A stretch of DNA of 64,000 nt from Candidatus Omnitrophota bacterium (GTDB lineage Bacteria > Omnitrophota > Gorgyraeia > Zapsychrales > JAHFFX01): NCBI GenBank assembly GCA_023247725.1, contig JAHFFW010000006.1, forward strand, positions 11,210 through 75,209, written 5' to 3'. This document shows positions 27,512 through 37,010 of the stretch, piece by piece. How positions within the stretch are numbered: position 1 is the stretch's first letter; each line of letters starts with the position of its first letter. The notes under the pieces are model-generated. The model did no database searches and had not been told where the DNA came from. It saw only the letters and a program-made list of their open reading frames with translations. The position numbers and the translations under genes were made by a program.

Positions 27512-29659
27512 TTAATTCATCAAAAGCATTTCTGCATAAGAAGGCAACGCCCATTTTTCCGCCGGGACCAGGCCTTCCAATGCGTCGATGGAATTGCGCA
27601 GCGTCAGCATAGCGGCGTTGGTTTTGGCCGCATCGTGCTTGGCGGTCGCCGCTTCCAAGGACTCTGTATTGGTGATGGCCGCCTCCGTCAGCAGCGTGAC
27701 TTCTTTCAGCAATTGCTTCGTTTTGGTGGTTTTAGCCGCGGTTCCGATGGCCTTGATCGTTTCCGCCAATTCCTTGGCGAAGGCTAAGGCCGCTGGGATG
27801 ATCTGCGTACGGGCCATCGTTGCGGCGCAATTTCCCTCCAATTGCACGGTTGTTTCATAGGCATGCTTGTAAATTTCCCGACGGGAAGCAAGCTCCCGAG
27901 GATTCAGGACGCCGTGCCTTTCAAAAAGACGGATCATTTTTTCTTCTTTTAAAACCTCCAATGACTCCGGAGTGGATTTCAGATTCGGAAGTCCTCTTTT
28001 CTTTGCCTCTGCATGCCACTCATCGGTGTAATTATCGCCGTTAAAAATGACGCGTTTGTGTTTCTTGATAATATCCTGAAGAACTTTTTGCAAGGCATGA
28101 TTGAAATCCTTCTTCGCGGCCACCTCTTTCTCTAGCTGCGTGCAGATTTCATCCAGGGCTTGCGCCACAATCGTATTCAAGACCACATTGGGACCGGCCG
28201 GGCTCATGTTGGAGCCAACCGCGCGGAACTCAAACTTCGCTCCAGTAAAGGCAAAGGGCGAGGTCCGGTTGCGGTCGGTGGCATCGCGCGGCAGGACGGG
28301 TAAAGAATCCACGCCGATTTCAATAACGCCGCCTTCTTTGGAATGCTTGGCGGTTCCTTTCTCGATCTGTTCAATGATATCGGTCAATTGATCGCCTAAG
28401 AAAATCGAAATAATCGCCGGCGGCGCTTCATTAGCCCCCAGACGATGATCATTGCCGGCGGTGGCAACCGAACAGCGCAACAAATTCGCGTATTCATCCA
28501 CGGCCTTGATGACGGCACACAAGATCGCCAGGAATTTCGCATTATCATGCGGGGTTTTGCCCGGATACAGCCAATTTTTTCCGTCGGGTCCGACAATCGC
28601 CCAGTTATTGTGTTTGCCCGAACCATTGACCCCGGCAAAAGGCTTTTCGTGCAACAAACACACCAGCCCGTGTTTGTCAGCGAGTTGGCGCATCACTTCC
28701 ATGCCAATCATGTTGTGATCGACGGCCAGATTGAGTTCTTCAAAAACCGGCGCAATTTCGTATTGGGCCGGCGAGACTTCGTTATGCCTGGTTTTTGCCG
28801 GAATTCCCAATTTCCAAAGCGTCCGATCCAGATCCTCCATGAAGGCGAGCACCCTTGGCTTGATGGCACCGAAATAATGATCTTCCTGCTGCTGGTGTTT
28901 GGCGGGTTTTCGTCCGAACAGGGTTCGACCGGTTTGTACTAAATCCAGACGGGCCTGATAGTAAGATTTATCAATGAGGAAATATTCCTGCTCCGGACCC
29001 AAGGTTGCGTAGGCCCGTTTGCCTTTGGTGTCAATTCCGAAGAGCCGGGCAAGGCGACAAACCTGTTTCGATAAAGCCGCCATCGAGCGAAGCAAGGGCG
29101 TCTTTTTGTCCAGGGCTTCTCCATGATAACCGCAGAAAATCGTCGGAATGCACAGAGTCGCGCCCTCCGGCCCTTCCTTAATAAAGGCGGGGCTGGTCGG
29201 ATCCCAGGCCGTATAACCGCGGGCCTCGAAGGTCGCGCGCAAACCGCCGGAGGGAAAGCTGGAGGCATCCGGTTCACCTTGAATCAATTCCTTACCAGAA
29301 AACTTCAGGATGACGCCTCCTTCCGCGTCGGGAGAAATAAAGGAGTCGTGTTTTTCGGCGGTGGTGCCGGTCAAAGGCTGGAACCAATGGGTAAAATGAG
29401 TGGCCCCTTTGGCGATCGCCCATGATTTCATGGCATCGGCCACTTCGTCGGCAATACTCGGATCCAGCCGCCCGGCTTCCCGGATGGTTGCCGCCAAGGA
29501 ATTGTAGGCATTTTCGGAAAGATAATTCCGCATGGTTTTCAAGCTGAATACATTTTCACCATAAAAATCAGGAATGGATTTTCCATTTGAACCGCCGACT
29601 TCCTCCAAAATGGCGCGATCAAATTCGGTGACCGTCTGCCTTCGGGTGGCTTCGCTCAT
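27512..29659 (-). CDS. glnN: Glutamine synthetase type III
   Basis: ~715 aa, GSIII-specific N-terminal domain, catalytic-domain motifs (NEVSPAQYE, KPFAGVNGSGKHNNW). ATG at 29659 with AGGAGA SD. The ORF-track TTG start at 29677 is not preferred. Confidence 0.85.
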   Translation of the reverse strand: MSEATRRQTVTEFDRAILEEVGGSNGKSIPDFYGENVFSLKTMRNYLSENAYNSLAATIREAGRLDPSIADEVADAMKSWAIAKGATHFTHWFQPLTGTTAEKHDSFISPDAEGGVILKFSGKELIQGEPDASSFPSGGLRATFEARGYTAWDPTSPAFIKEGPEGATLCIPTIFCGYHGEALDKKTPLLRSMAALSKQVCRLARLFGIDTKGKRAYATLGPEQEYFLIDKSYYQARLDLVQTGRTLFGRKPAKHQQQEDHYFGAIKPRVLAFMEDLDRTLWKLGIPAKTRHNEVSPAQYEIAPVFEELNLAVDHNMIGMEVMRQLADKHGLVCLLHEKPFAGVNGSGKHNNWAIVGPDGKNWLYPGKTPHDNAKFLAILCAVIKAVDEYANLLRCSVATAGNDHRLGANEAPPAIISIFLGDQLTDIIEQIEKGTAKHSKEGGVIEIGVDSLPVLPRDATDRNRTSPFAFTGAKFEFRAVGSNMSPAGPNVVLNTIVAQALDEICTQLEKEVAAKKDFNHALQKVLQDIIKKHKRVIFNGDNYTDEWHAEAKKRGLPNLKSTPESLEVLKEEKMIRLFERHGVLNPRELASRREIYKHAYETTVQLEGNCAATMARTQIIPAALAFAKELAETIKAIGTAAKTTKTKQLLKEVTLLTEAAITNTESLEAATAKHDAAKTNAAMLTLRNSIDALEGLVPAEKWALPSYAEMLLMN

Positions 29660-29759
29660 GTGATTCTCCTCGCACAATAGTTTATCTAAAAAATGAACGG
29701 CTTCCGGTATCTTAAAAATTTTTCCGGGATAAAATTCCTTACAAATCAGGGTTATTTCT

Positions 29760-29797
29760 GGGGGGCCAGCCCAGTGGAAATCGCCGGCTGGCCCCCC
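29760..29797. repeat. 12-bp perfect-stem hairpin GGGGGGCCAGCC-N14-GGCTGGCCCCCC between glnA and the GSIII gene
   Basis: Read directly. No U-tract on either side. Confidence 0.5.
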
Positions 29798-29820
29798 ATC
29801 GCTAATATTAAATAATTTTT

Positions 29821-31284
29821 TTACACATCGTAATACAAATGAAACTCATAAGGATGCGGACGCAAACGAATCGCATCGATTTCCACTTCATGCTTGTATT
29901 CGATCCAGGTATCGATGACATCTTCGGTAAAGACGCCACCGGCCAACAGGAAGTCGCGATCTTGGTCCAATGCGGCCAAGGCCTGCTCGAGGGAACGCGG
30001 CACGGTTTTGATTTTCTTGGCTTCTGCTTCCGGAAGGGCATAGATGTTTTTGTCAATGGGTTGACCGGGATCGATTTTATGCTTGATCCCATCCAATCCC
30101 GCCATGAGCATCGCCGAAAGCGCCAGATATGGATTACAGGAAGGATCCGGCGGACGAAATTCGATGCGCTTGGATTTTTCGCTGGCCGAATACATCGGAA
30201 TCCGAACTGCGGCGGAGCGATTGCGCTGCGAATAAACCAGATTGACCGGGGCTTCATAACCCGGAACCAGGCGCTTATAAGAATTCGTCGTCGGAGCCGC
30301 AAAGGCCAAAATGGCATGGGCATGCTTGAGCAAACCGCCAATGTAATATTTGGCCAGGTCGCTTAAAAGCGCATAGCCTTTTTTGTCGAAGAAGAGATTC
30401 TTGCCGTCCTTCCATAAACTTTGATGCACATGCATGCCGGAGCCGTTATCCTTGAAAATTGGCTTGGGCATGAAGGTGGCCGACATATTGTACTTTTTGG
30501 CTGTATTCTTGATGATGTATTTATAGAGAAGCAGGTTGTCGCACATGCGCACAAGCGGACTGTAGCGGATATCGATCTCGCATTGCCCGGCGGTCGCCAC
30601 TTCGTGATGGTGAACCTCGACGGGAACGCCAACCTTGCGCAGGGTCATCATGATCTCGCTGCGGATATCCTGCAGGGTATCGTGCGGCGGAACCGGGAAA
30701 TAGCCTTCTTTGTAGCGCGGTTTGTATCCCAGGTTTGGATTTTCCTCGCGCCCGGTATTCCATTCTCCTTCGTTGGAATCGATGTAATAATAGCCGCTGT
30801 TTTCGGTCTGATCGAATCGGACGTCATTAAACAAAAAGAATTCGGCCTCGGGGCCCCAGTAACTGACATCCGCAATTTTGCTCGTTTTGAGATATTGCGC
30901 CGCTTTTCTGGCAATGTAACGCGGATCCCGGGAATAAGGTTTTTTTGTCAGTGGATCATAGACGTCACAAATAATGCTAACGGTCGGGTGCTGGGCGACC
31001 GGATCGATGAACGCGCTCGTCGGATCCGGCATGAGGATCATGTCGCTTTCATGAATCTTTTGGAAACCCCGGATGCTCGAACCGTCAAAACCGATCCCTT
31101 CCTCCCAGATGCCCCCCTCCTTGTCCAGATCGTCGGTGGGAATTGAAAAATGCTGCCATAATCCAGGAAGATCATTGAATTTAAAATCGACGACTTGGAT
31201 TCCATTCTTTTCGATTAGCTTGGCAACATCCTTGGAATCCGCAGGATGCCCATTGTCCTCTTTTTTGGTGACGAGTGTGCTCAT
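29821..31284 (-). CDS. glnA: Glutamine synthetase type I
   Basis: GSI signatures (beta-grasp FDGSSI, catalytic [19 protein letters not shown] site). 487 aa. SD AAGGGAGA. Confidence 0.9.
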   Translation of the reverse strand: MSTLVTKKEDNGHPADSKDVAKLIEKNGIQVVDFKFNDLPGLWQHFSIPTDDLDKEGGIWEEGIGFDGSSIRGFQKIHESDMILMPDPTSAFIDPVAQHPTVSIICDVYDPLTKKPYSRDPRYIARKAAQYLKTSKIADVSYWGPEAEFFLFNDVRFDQTENSGYYYIDSNEGEWNTGREENPNLGYKPRYKEGYFPVPPHDTLQDIRSEIMMTLRKVGVPVEVHHHEVATAGQCEIDIRYSPLVRMCDNLLLYKYIIKNTAKKYNMSATFMPKPIFKDNGSGMHVHQSLWKDGKNLFFDKKGYALLSDLAKYYIGGLLKHAHAILAFAAPTTNSYKRLVPGYEAPVNLVYSQRNRSAAVRIPMYSASEKSKRIEFRPPDPSCNPYLALSAMLMAGLDGIKHKIDPGQPIDKNIYALPEAEAKKIKTVPRSLEQALAALDQDRDFLLAGGVFTEDVIDTWIEYKHEVEIDAIRLRPHPYEFHLYYDV

Positions 31285-31371
31285 AGCATTCTCCCTTTGC
31301 TTATAACGAACTTTTATAACAAACTTTATAAAGATTAACGCTGTGTGCGGATTTTTTTTAACGCAGATTTT

Positions 31372-31388
31372 CGCGGATTGAATCCGCG
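31372..31388. promoter_or_regulatory. Perfect 8-1-8 palindrome CGCGGATT-G-AATCCGCG ~90-105 bp upstream of the glnA start. Candidate operator
   Basis: Read directly. Flanked by further GCGGATT/CCGCG copies. Confidence 0.35.
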
Positions 31389-31552
31389 ACCATCCGCTGG
31401 CTATCGGCGATGATCCGCGTTAAATCTGTCTTGTGAAAAATACTCGCACATCACGTTAAAGATTAAAACCCTTTAAAAACAAATTTTCAGGAACCCAATT
31501 GAATTTTTGGGACGAATTTCATTGCCTTGAGAACTTTGATCTTCAAAGAGGC

Positions 31553-31589
31553 TGCGCGGGCTTTTTTTGCAAACAAAAAAAGCCCGCGC
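31553..31589. repeat. Perfect palindrome GCGCGGGC-T7-GCAAAC-A7-GCCCGCGC (15-bp stem) 19 nt downstream of the glnK stop
   Basis: Read directly. The U-tract lies inside the stem rather than after it, so this is not a canonical intrinsic terminator in either direction. Confidence 0.5.
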
Positions 31590-31607
31590 CTCCCAAACTT
31601 CCTGAAC

Positions 31608-31949
31608 CTACCCAATCGCCAAAGGACCCTCGTCGCCAGTTCTGATCCGGATGCAGCGCGGAAGATCCACAACGAAAATTTTTCCGTCACCAATTTTTCC
31701 GGTACGGGCACCCTTAATGACGGCTTTGATCGTCCTATCGACGAAATCTTCGTTCACGGCAATATCGATTCGAATCTTGCGCAGGAGGTTTCCCGTTTCC
31801 TTGCTTCCGCGATAAAATTCATCCACGCCCTTTTGGCGGCCGTGCCCCAAACATTCGCTGACGGTAATCAGATTCACATCCTGCTCATAAAGTGCTTTTT
31901 TGACTTCCTCCAACCGGTGCGGTTGGATAATGGCCGTAATCAATTTCAT
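31608..31949 (-). CDS. glnK: Nitrogen regulatory protein P-II
   Basis: 112-aa P-II with T-loop RGSKETG-like region and C-terminal GDGKIFV. Immediately downstream of amtB, SD AAGGAGA. Confidence 0.85.
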   Translation of the reverse strand: MKLITAIIQPHRLEEVKKALYEQDVNLITVSECLGHGRQKGVDEFYRGSKETGNLLRKIRIDIAVNEDFVDRTIKAVIKGARTGKIGDGKIFVVDLPRCIRIRTGDEGPLAIG

Positions 31950-31981
31950 CGGAGTTCTCCTTAAATAAAATGTTCGTCAAA

Positions 31982-33226
31982 TTACTCGAGGATCGTATAA
32001 GCCCGTTCGTGATGTTGGGTCAAGTCCAGCCCCAGCACTTCTTCTTCTGGGGAAACCCTTAAGCCTACCATCACGTCGATGATCTTTAGTAATATAAACG
32101 AGCCGAACCCGGACCAGAGAATCGTTATCCCAACGGCCTTCAGTTGAATAAGCACTTGTGCAGGATTGCCGTAAAAGAAACCATCCGCGCCACCGGAGTT
32201 GACCGCTTTGGTCGCGAACAATCCTGTCCCAATGGCACCCCACATTCCTCCCACACCGTGCACGCCAAAGACATCCAACGTATCGTCGTAACCGAATTTA
32301 GCCTTAATGACGCTAACCGCGAAAAAGCAAAATACGCTGACGAGGAGCCCGATCATGATTGCCCCCCTCACATCGACAAATCCCGACGCGGGGGTGATGG
32401 CAACCAGACCCGCAACCGCTCCTGTGATCACACCGAGCGTGGTGGGCTTGCCATTTTTAATCCATTCGATCACGGCCCAGCTAAGGCCCGCCGCGGCGGT
32501 CGCCACGTGAGTGACCACAAAGGCACTCGTGGCTAATCCTCCGCCTGCTGCCAGAGCACTGCCGGCATTGAACCCAAACCAGCCAAACCACAACAGACAT
32601 GCCCCCAGAACCGCAAATGGTAAATTATGCGTAGACAGATGAGAGGGTCCGTGTCTCTTACCCATGACTAAACACGCCACGAGTGCGGCAACACCAGCGT
32701 TGAGATGAACGACCGTTCCACCGGCAAAATCCAGAGCCCCCATGTTACGAACATGACCACCAAAGGCCCACACCATATGACAAATCGGATCGTAGACGAA
32801 GAAAGACCAAAGGATCAGAAACAGACAATAAGCGGAAAATTTCATGCGCTCGGCGAAAGCTCCAATGGCCAAAGCCGGCGTGATGATGGCAAACATCATT
32901 TGAAATATCATGAAGGCTTGATGAGGAACGGTTGTGGCATACGGGGAGGGCTCAAAGCCAACTCCATTAAGCAAAAACCCATTGAGATTACCAATGATAC
33001 CGCCGATGAAACTTTCGGATCCCTTCCCAAAAGCAAGGCTATAACCTCCCAATACCCATTGCAATGACACGATGCACAAGGCCCCGAGACACTGGATGAG
33101 AATTCCCAAAACATTCTTGCGACGAACCAAACCGCCGTAGAAAAACGCCAAACCTGGCGTCATGAGCATAACCAGCGCCGAAGAAGTCAGCACCCACGCG
33201 GTATCTCCTGTATTAATTGCGTCCAT
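31982..33226 (-). CDS. amtB: Ammonium transporter
   Basis: 11-TM Amt/MEP signature (DFAGGTVVH, twin His HGVGG region). 414 aa. SD AGGAG. Confidence 0.9.
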   Translation of the reverse strand: MDAINTGDTAWVLTSSALVMLMTPGLAFFYGGLVRRKNVLGILIQCLGALCIVSLQWVLGGYSLAFGKGSESFIGGIIGNLNGFLLNGVGFEPSPYATTVPHQAFMIFQMMFAIITPALAIGAFAERMKFSAYCLFLILWSFFVYDPICHMVWAFGGHVRNMGALDFAGGTVVHLNAGVAALVACLVMGKRHGPSHLSTHNLPFAVLGACLLWFGWFGFNAGSALAAGGGLATSAFVVTHVATAAAGLSWAVIEWIKNGKPTTLGVITGAVAGLVAITPASGFVDVRGAIMIGLLVSVFCFFAVSVIKAKFGYDDTLDVFGVHGVGGMWGAIGTGLFATKAVNSGGADGFFYGNPAQVLIQLKAVGITILWSGFGSFILLKIIDVMVGLRVSPEEEVLGLDLTQHHERAYTILE

Positions 33227-34046
33227 GTCCGTTCTCCTTAAGTTTGATCTTCCCTAATAATATAATGAGAATAAAACCAAGAACAACAACCGGTGTTCTC
33301 CCCCTGCCGGTAGGCTCTTGGACGCCATTGCCCAAAAAAAAATTCCCCCAACAGCCTAGACGACGGCCATTGGAGGACTTCTGTGCCCTACCTAATTCCT
33401 CGAATTCCTATCACCTTGTTGCCTCAAATTTTTTGCTCGAGGGTAAAATCGAAGACGCCAATGCCTTCAACTTTTGCCCAAGTATAATAATGCGCCTTGG
33501 ACTTGTCAAGAAAATTTTCTAACGCTGACAAAGCCGAAAACATTCGCTGACAAATTTTCTTATGCGTGAATAAATTTGGAACAAAACAGACAAAAATCAA
33601 AAAACAGGATCCCGAGACTAAAGCCGATGGCAAGGCGTTCCAAACTTTTGGCCCAGGCATCGGAGTGTTCATTAGGATTGGTCATCGCCTCTATCCTCCT
33701 TACTCGTTGGTATAACAAAAAAGCCCAGCCCCAGTGTCACCCGGCGACTGAGCGTCTGCGCTTTTTTTATTTTCTAAACCCGAAGATTTAAAAAATAAAC
33801 CCCACCGAAAGCGATCCCTGCTCTCCAATGGGGCGTCATTGCCCAAAACAAAAACTCTCTAACGGAATTTCCATTAGAGAGCCACGTTGCTCTTTACTTC
33901 CAGATGAATACTTCTTGATCTGGACTCCAAGGCCTCACTGTCTTGGATGAAAGGAAGTATATCGGCTGGCTCACGCGTTGTCAAGTTTTTTGTTCCTTTA
34001 AATCGGGAGCCACCTGTGACCGCTTAACCTGGTCACAAGACACCTG

Positions 34047-34121
34047 AAAAAAAACGAGCGGCCCTCCCTTGACCCCGTTCAAAAAACAAACGCAAGCCAA
34101 GGAGGGAGAACGGGGCCGCTC
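34047..34121 (-). terminator. Rho-independent terminator 24 nt downstream of the MOSC gene (end of the nitrate-reductase operon)
   Basis: Minus-strand GAGCGGCC...GGCCGCUC GC-rich stem with alternative inner pairings, followed by U8. Confidence 0.5.
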
Positions 34122-34144
34122 TGAACGTGGTCCATTATCTAAAT

Positions 34145-34651
34145 TCATAAAGCATTCTGCGCTATCTCCATCGGGTGAGTGCGAGATTCGGAAGAATAAA
34201 CTTCCATCGACTCTCCCGAGCTTAAAATCCCTTCTTTTAAAACTCGGGCATAGTATCCGCATCGACCAACGATGGCTTCCTTAAGACGCGGATGAATGGA
34301 ATCGAGCACGTAACAGGGTCTTCGCTCTTTGGTTAATTCCAAAATGACTCCGCCGGTAAACTTTAAAACCATTCCCGGTGACATTTTCTGGACATGCAAG
34401 TCTTTGACGGTCAGATTTTCTCCAATCGTGCCAATGCCGACGGGAAATCCCTCCCGTTTCAACTCTGCCAGCAGTTCCCAGTCCTGAAGGCAAATGGCCT
34501 GCTCCGTTCGACGATGTTTTTCATGATGGTGTCCGTCGCCTTGCAATCCTTGACGAAAAATAAAAATCTCACCCATCTGCGGGCGCTTTGGAATCCCACC
34601 GGTAGAGATGCAAATCGCAACCACGGATGGTAACGTCTCTGAAATCGGCAT
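34145..34651 (-). CDS. MOSC-domain protein (YiiM/YcbX-like molybdenum cofactor sulfurase C-terminal domain)
   Basis: Conserved MOSC core GENLTV...RPCYVLD with the invariant Cys. ATG at 34651 with AAAGGA SD. The start overlaps the nitrate reductase stop by ~17 nt. Confidence 0.65.
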   Translation of the reverse strand: MPISETLPSVVAICISTGGIPKRPQMGEIFIFRQGLQGDGHHHEKHRRTEQAICLQDWELLAELKREGFPVGIGTIGENLTVKDLHVQKMSPGMVLKFTGGVILELTKERRPCYVLDSIHPRLKEAIVGRCGYYARVLKEGILSSGESMEVYSSESRTHPMEIAQNAL

Positions 34652-34664
34652 CAAAATCCTTTCT

Positions 34665-36881
34665 TCAATCATGCGGCAAGCGGGTGACATTGGCGGCGCA
34701 ATACTTATACGAGGGCTGCCGTGAATAGGGATCAAACGCGGCAAAGGTCAAACGGTTGGTTTCCGGATAGTGCATGGGCATAAACAGCTCTCCCGGCTTT
34801 ACCGTCGGAGTCACAACGGCTTTTGCCTTGACCATTCCTCTGAGACTTGAGACATGGACCCACTGCCCTGGTTCAATTTTAAGCCGGCCGGCATCTTGAG
34901 GATTGATTTCAACGTAGGCTTCTTTCGGATAGAGCTTGCGCAGCACGGCCGATTTTCCGGTGCGGGTCTGGGTATGCCACTGGACCGACGTCCCGCGGCC
35001 GGTTAAAAGGACAAAGGGATAAAATTTGTCGGGCGGCTCCGGGACCGACCGGATGTCTTCAAAGAGGAATCTGGCTTTGCCGTCGGGATGATAAAATTTT
35101 CCATCTGCAAACAATCGGCGTTCACTATTTTGATGCAGGTTGAGGGCTTCGGCGGTCATCGACTCTGGAAACGGCCATTGGATTCCGCCAGATTCTTCGA
35201 TCATCTGATAATCCCTGATTCCACTGATATCGGCCGGCGTTTGCCTTGAAATTTTTTTGAGAATTTGAAACACGGCCTCGGGTGAAGACCAATCGGTGAA
35301 CATCTCGGCGCAGCCCCAGTATTGCGCAATCAATTTGAAAATATAAAAATCTGCAAGGGCGACTCCCGGGGCCGCGGCCACTTTTCGAAAAAGCCCCAGG
35401 CGTCGTTCGGAATTGATCACGGTCCCTTCTTTTTCTCCCCAGCCCGCCGCCGGCAAAACCAGATCGGCCAATTGCGCCATTTCTGTCGTCGCATACATAT
35501 CTTGCACGACGAGGAAATCCAACTGGCTGATGACTTCCCGGAAATCGTGCTGATTGATCCAGGAATGAGCCGGGTTCGTGGCAATGACCCAGAGCCCTTT
35601 GATCTTGTGGACGGGGATTTGTTCCAAGATTTGATCGTAGGACAGGCTGTTCTGGGCGGGAATACAGTCGGGATTGATCTTAAGGATTTCCGCAATCTTG
35701 TGTCGGTGTTCAGGATTAAGAAAATCATAGCCGCCCAGAAGGCTGGTGGTATTGCTGAAAAGCCGCGAACCCATGGCATTGCACTGGCCGGTGATGGAAT
35801 TGGCCCCGGTTCCCGGCCGGCCGATGTTGCCGGTTAAAAGCGCCAGATTAATAATGGCCTGGGCCAGGCGCACGCCTTCATGACTTTGATTGACACCCAT
35901 GGTCCACCAGAACGATACCCGTTGACCGCAATGAATCAGGTCAGCCAATTCCTCAATTTCTTTGATCGCCAAACCTGTGGCGGCGCTCACCAATTCCAGC
36001 GGAAACTGGCGAACATGGTCGGTAAATTCGGAAAAGCCATTCGTGTGCCGCTCGACAAAAATCTGGTTGATCCATCCGTTGGCGATAAAAATACGGGCCA
36101 ATCCATAAAACAGCGAGAGATCCGATTTAGGCGCGACGGTATAGTGATGCGTGGCCGCCATGGCTGTTTCTGTTTTCCGCGGATCAATCACGACGATTTT
36201 GGGGTGATGGCGGTTCATGAGAACCCGCTGCCACATGATGGGATGCGCGATGCAGGGATTCGCGCCAACAAAAACCAAAACATCGGATTCTTCGAAATCT
36301 TTGTAGGTAAATGGCGGGGCATCGAATCCAAAGGATTGCTTATAAGCGACGGCGGCGGTGGCCATACATTGACGCGTATTGGCGTCACCGTGCACCATTC
36401 CCATGCCGAATTTAGCCAACGCGCCCAAGAGCGCCATTTCTTCCGTGCAGAATTGTCCCGTACTTAAAAAAGCAACCCTCTCGGCCCCGTATTTGCGTTG
36501 GATGTCTTTAAATCTTCCGACGAAGATTTTGAGTGCGGTATCCCAATCGACGGCTACCAATTTTCCAAAACGATCTTTGAGCAAAGGGGTTTTGGCACGA
36601 TCGGGAGCCGTGAGCGGCGTGAGCGCCTCCCAGCCTTTGGGGCAGGCCTCGCCCAGATTCACCGGATGATGACGGTTCGGCGTCAAATTGACAGCTTCAC
36701 GGTTGCGCAGGTGCACGGTCAGACTGCAGCCCGTCGAGCAATAACCGCAGATGAGATTGACCGCCGCCTGTGGCATGAGCCTTTTAGGCAACTGGCCCAA
36801 TCCTAACACCGAAGGTTCCAATATCAGCTCTTGAGTCAGATCGCCGTTGGTTTTGTAAAAAATATCGCGGAGTTTATCCAT
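34665..36881 (-). CDS. Assimilatory nitrate reductase catalytic subunit, NarB/NasA-type molybdopterin oxidoreductase, cytoplasmic (no Tat signal)
   Basis: N-terminal 4Fe-4S motif [10 protein letters not shown], Mo-bisMGD domains, 738 aa, C-terminal tail typical of assimilatory enzymes. Nitrogen-assimilation context. Confidence 0.75.
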   Translation of the reverse strand: MDKLRDIFYKTNGDLTQELILEPSVLGLGQLPKRLMPQAAVNLICGYCSTGCSLTVHLRNREAVNLTPNRHHPVNLGEACPKGWEALTPLTAPDRAKTPLLKDRFGKLVAVDWDTALKIFVGRFKDIQRKYGAERVAFLSTGQFCTEEMALLGALAKFGMGMVHGDANTRQCMATAAVAYKQSFGFDAPPFTYKDFEESDVLVFVGANPCIAHPIMWQRVLMNRHHPKIVVIDPRKTETAMAATHHYTVAPKSDLSLFYGLARIFIANGWINQIFVERHTNGFSEFTDHVRQFPLELVSAATGLAIKEIEELADLIHCGQRVSFWWTMGVNQSHEGVRLAQAIINLALLTGNIGRPGTGANSITGQCNAMGSRLFSNTTSLLGGYDFLNPEHRHKIAEILKINPDCIPAQNSLSYDQILEQIPVHKIKGLWVIATNPAHSWINQHDFREVISQLDFLVVQDMYATTEMAQLADLVLPAAGWGEKEGTVINSERRLGLFRKVAAAPGVALADFYIFKLIAQYWGCAEMFTDWSSPEAVFQILKKISRQTPADISGIRDYQMIEESGGIQWPFPESMTAEALNLHQNSERRLFADGKFYHPDGKARFLFEDIRSVPEPPDKFYPFVLLTGRGTSVQWHTQTRTGKSAVLRKLYPKEAYVEINPQDAGRLKIEPGQWVHVSSLRGMVKAKAVVTPTVKPGELFMPMHYPETNRLTFAAFDPYSRQPSYKYCAANVTRLPHD

Positions 36882-36888
36882 ATTTTGT

Positions 36889-37010
36889 TCCGAGGGACGA
36901 TCGACGACCGCTCGGCCAATAGTACGGTGGTCTCGCTAGGATGAAGGACGAGAAAATGTCTTCGTCCCTCGTCCTAGCGAACGAAGTGAGCGGTCATCCT
37001 TCATCCCTCT
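36889..37010. repeat. GGGACG-core self-complementary repeat (AGGATGARGGACGA type) filling the narB / FeS-NrfD intercistronic gap
   Basis: Nested inverted repeats GACCGCTC...GAGCGGTC and GCTAGGA-TGAA-GGACGAG...CTCGTCC-TAGC. A related copy lies at 56511-56625. Confidence 0.6.

Noticed and set aside
31553-31589. Considered as a canonical rho-independent terminator of glnK
   Set aside because: The T7/A7 tracts are inside the stem and no U-run follows the hairpin in either orientation. Kept only as an atypical palindrome.
33227-33500. Sigma-54 promoter upstream of amtB or glnA
   Set aside because: No TGGCAC-N5-TTGCW match found by eye on the minus strand, only weak TGGGCA...TTGA. Not reported.
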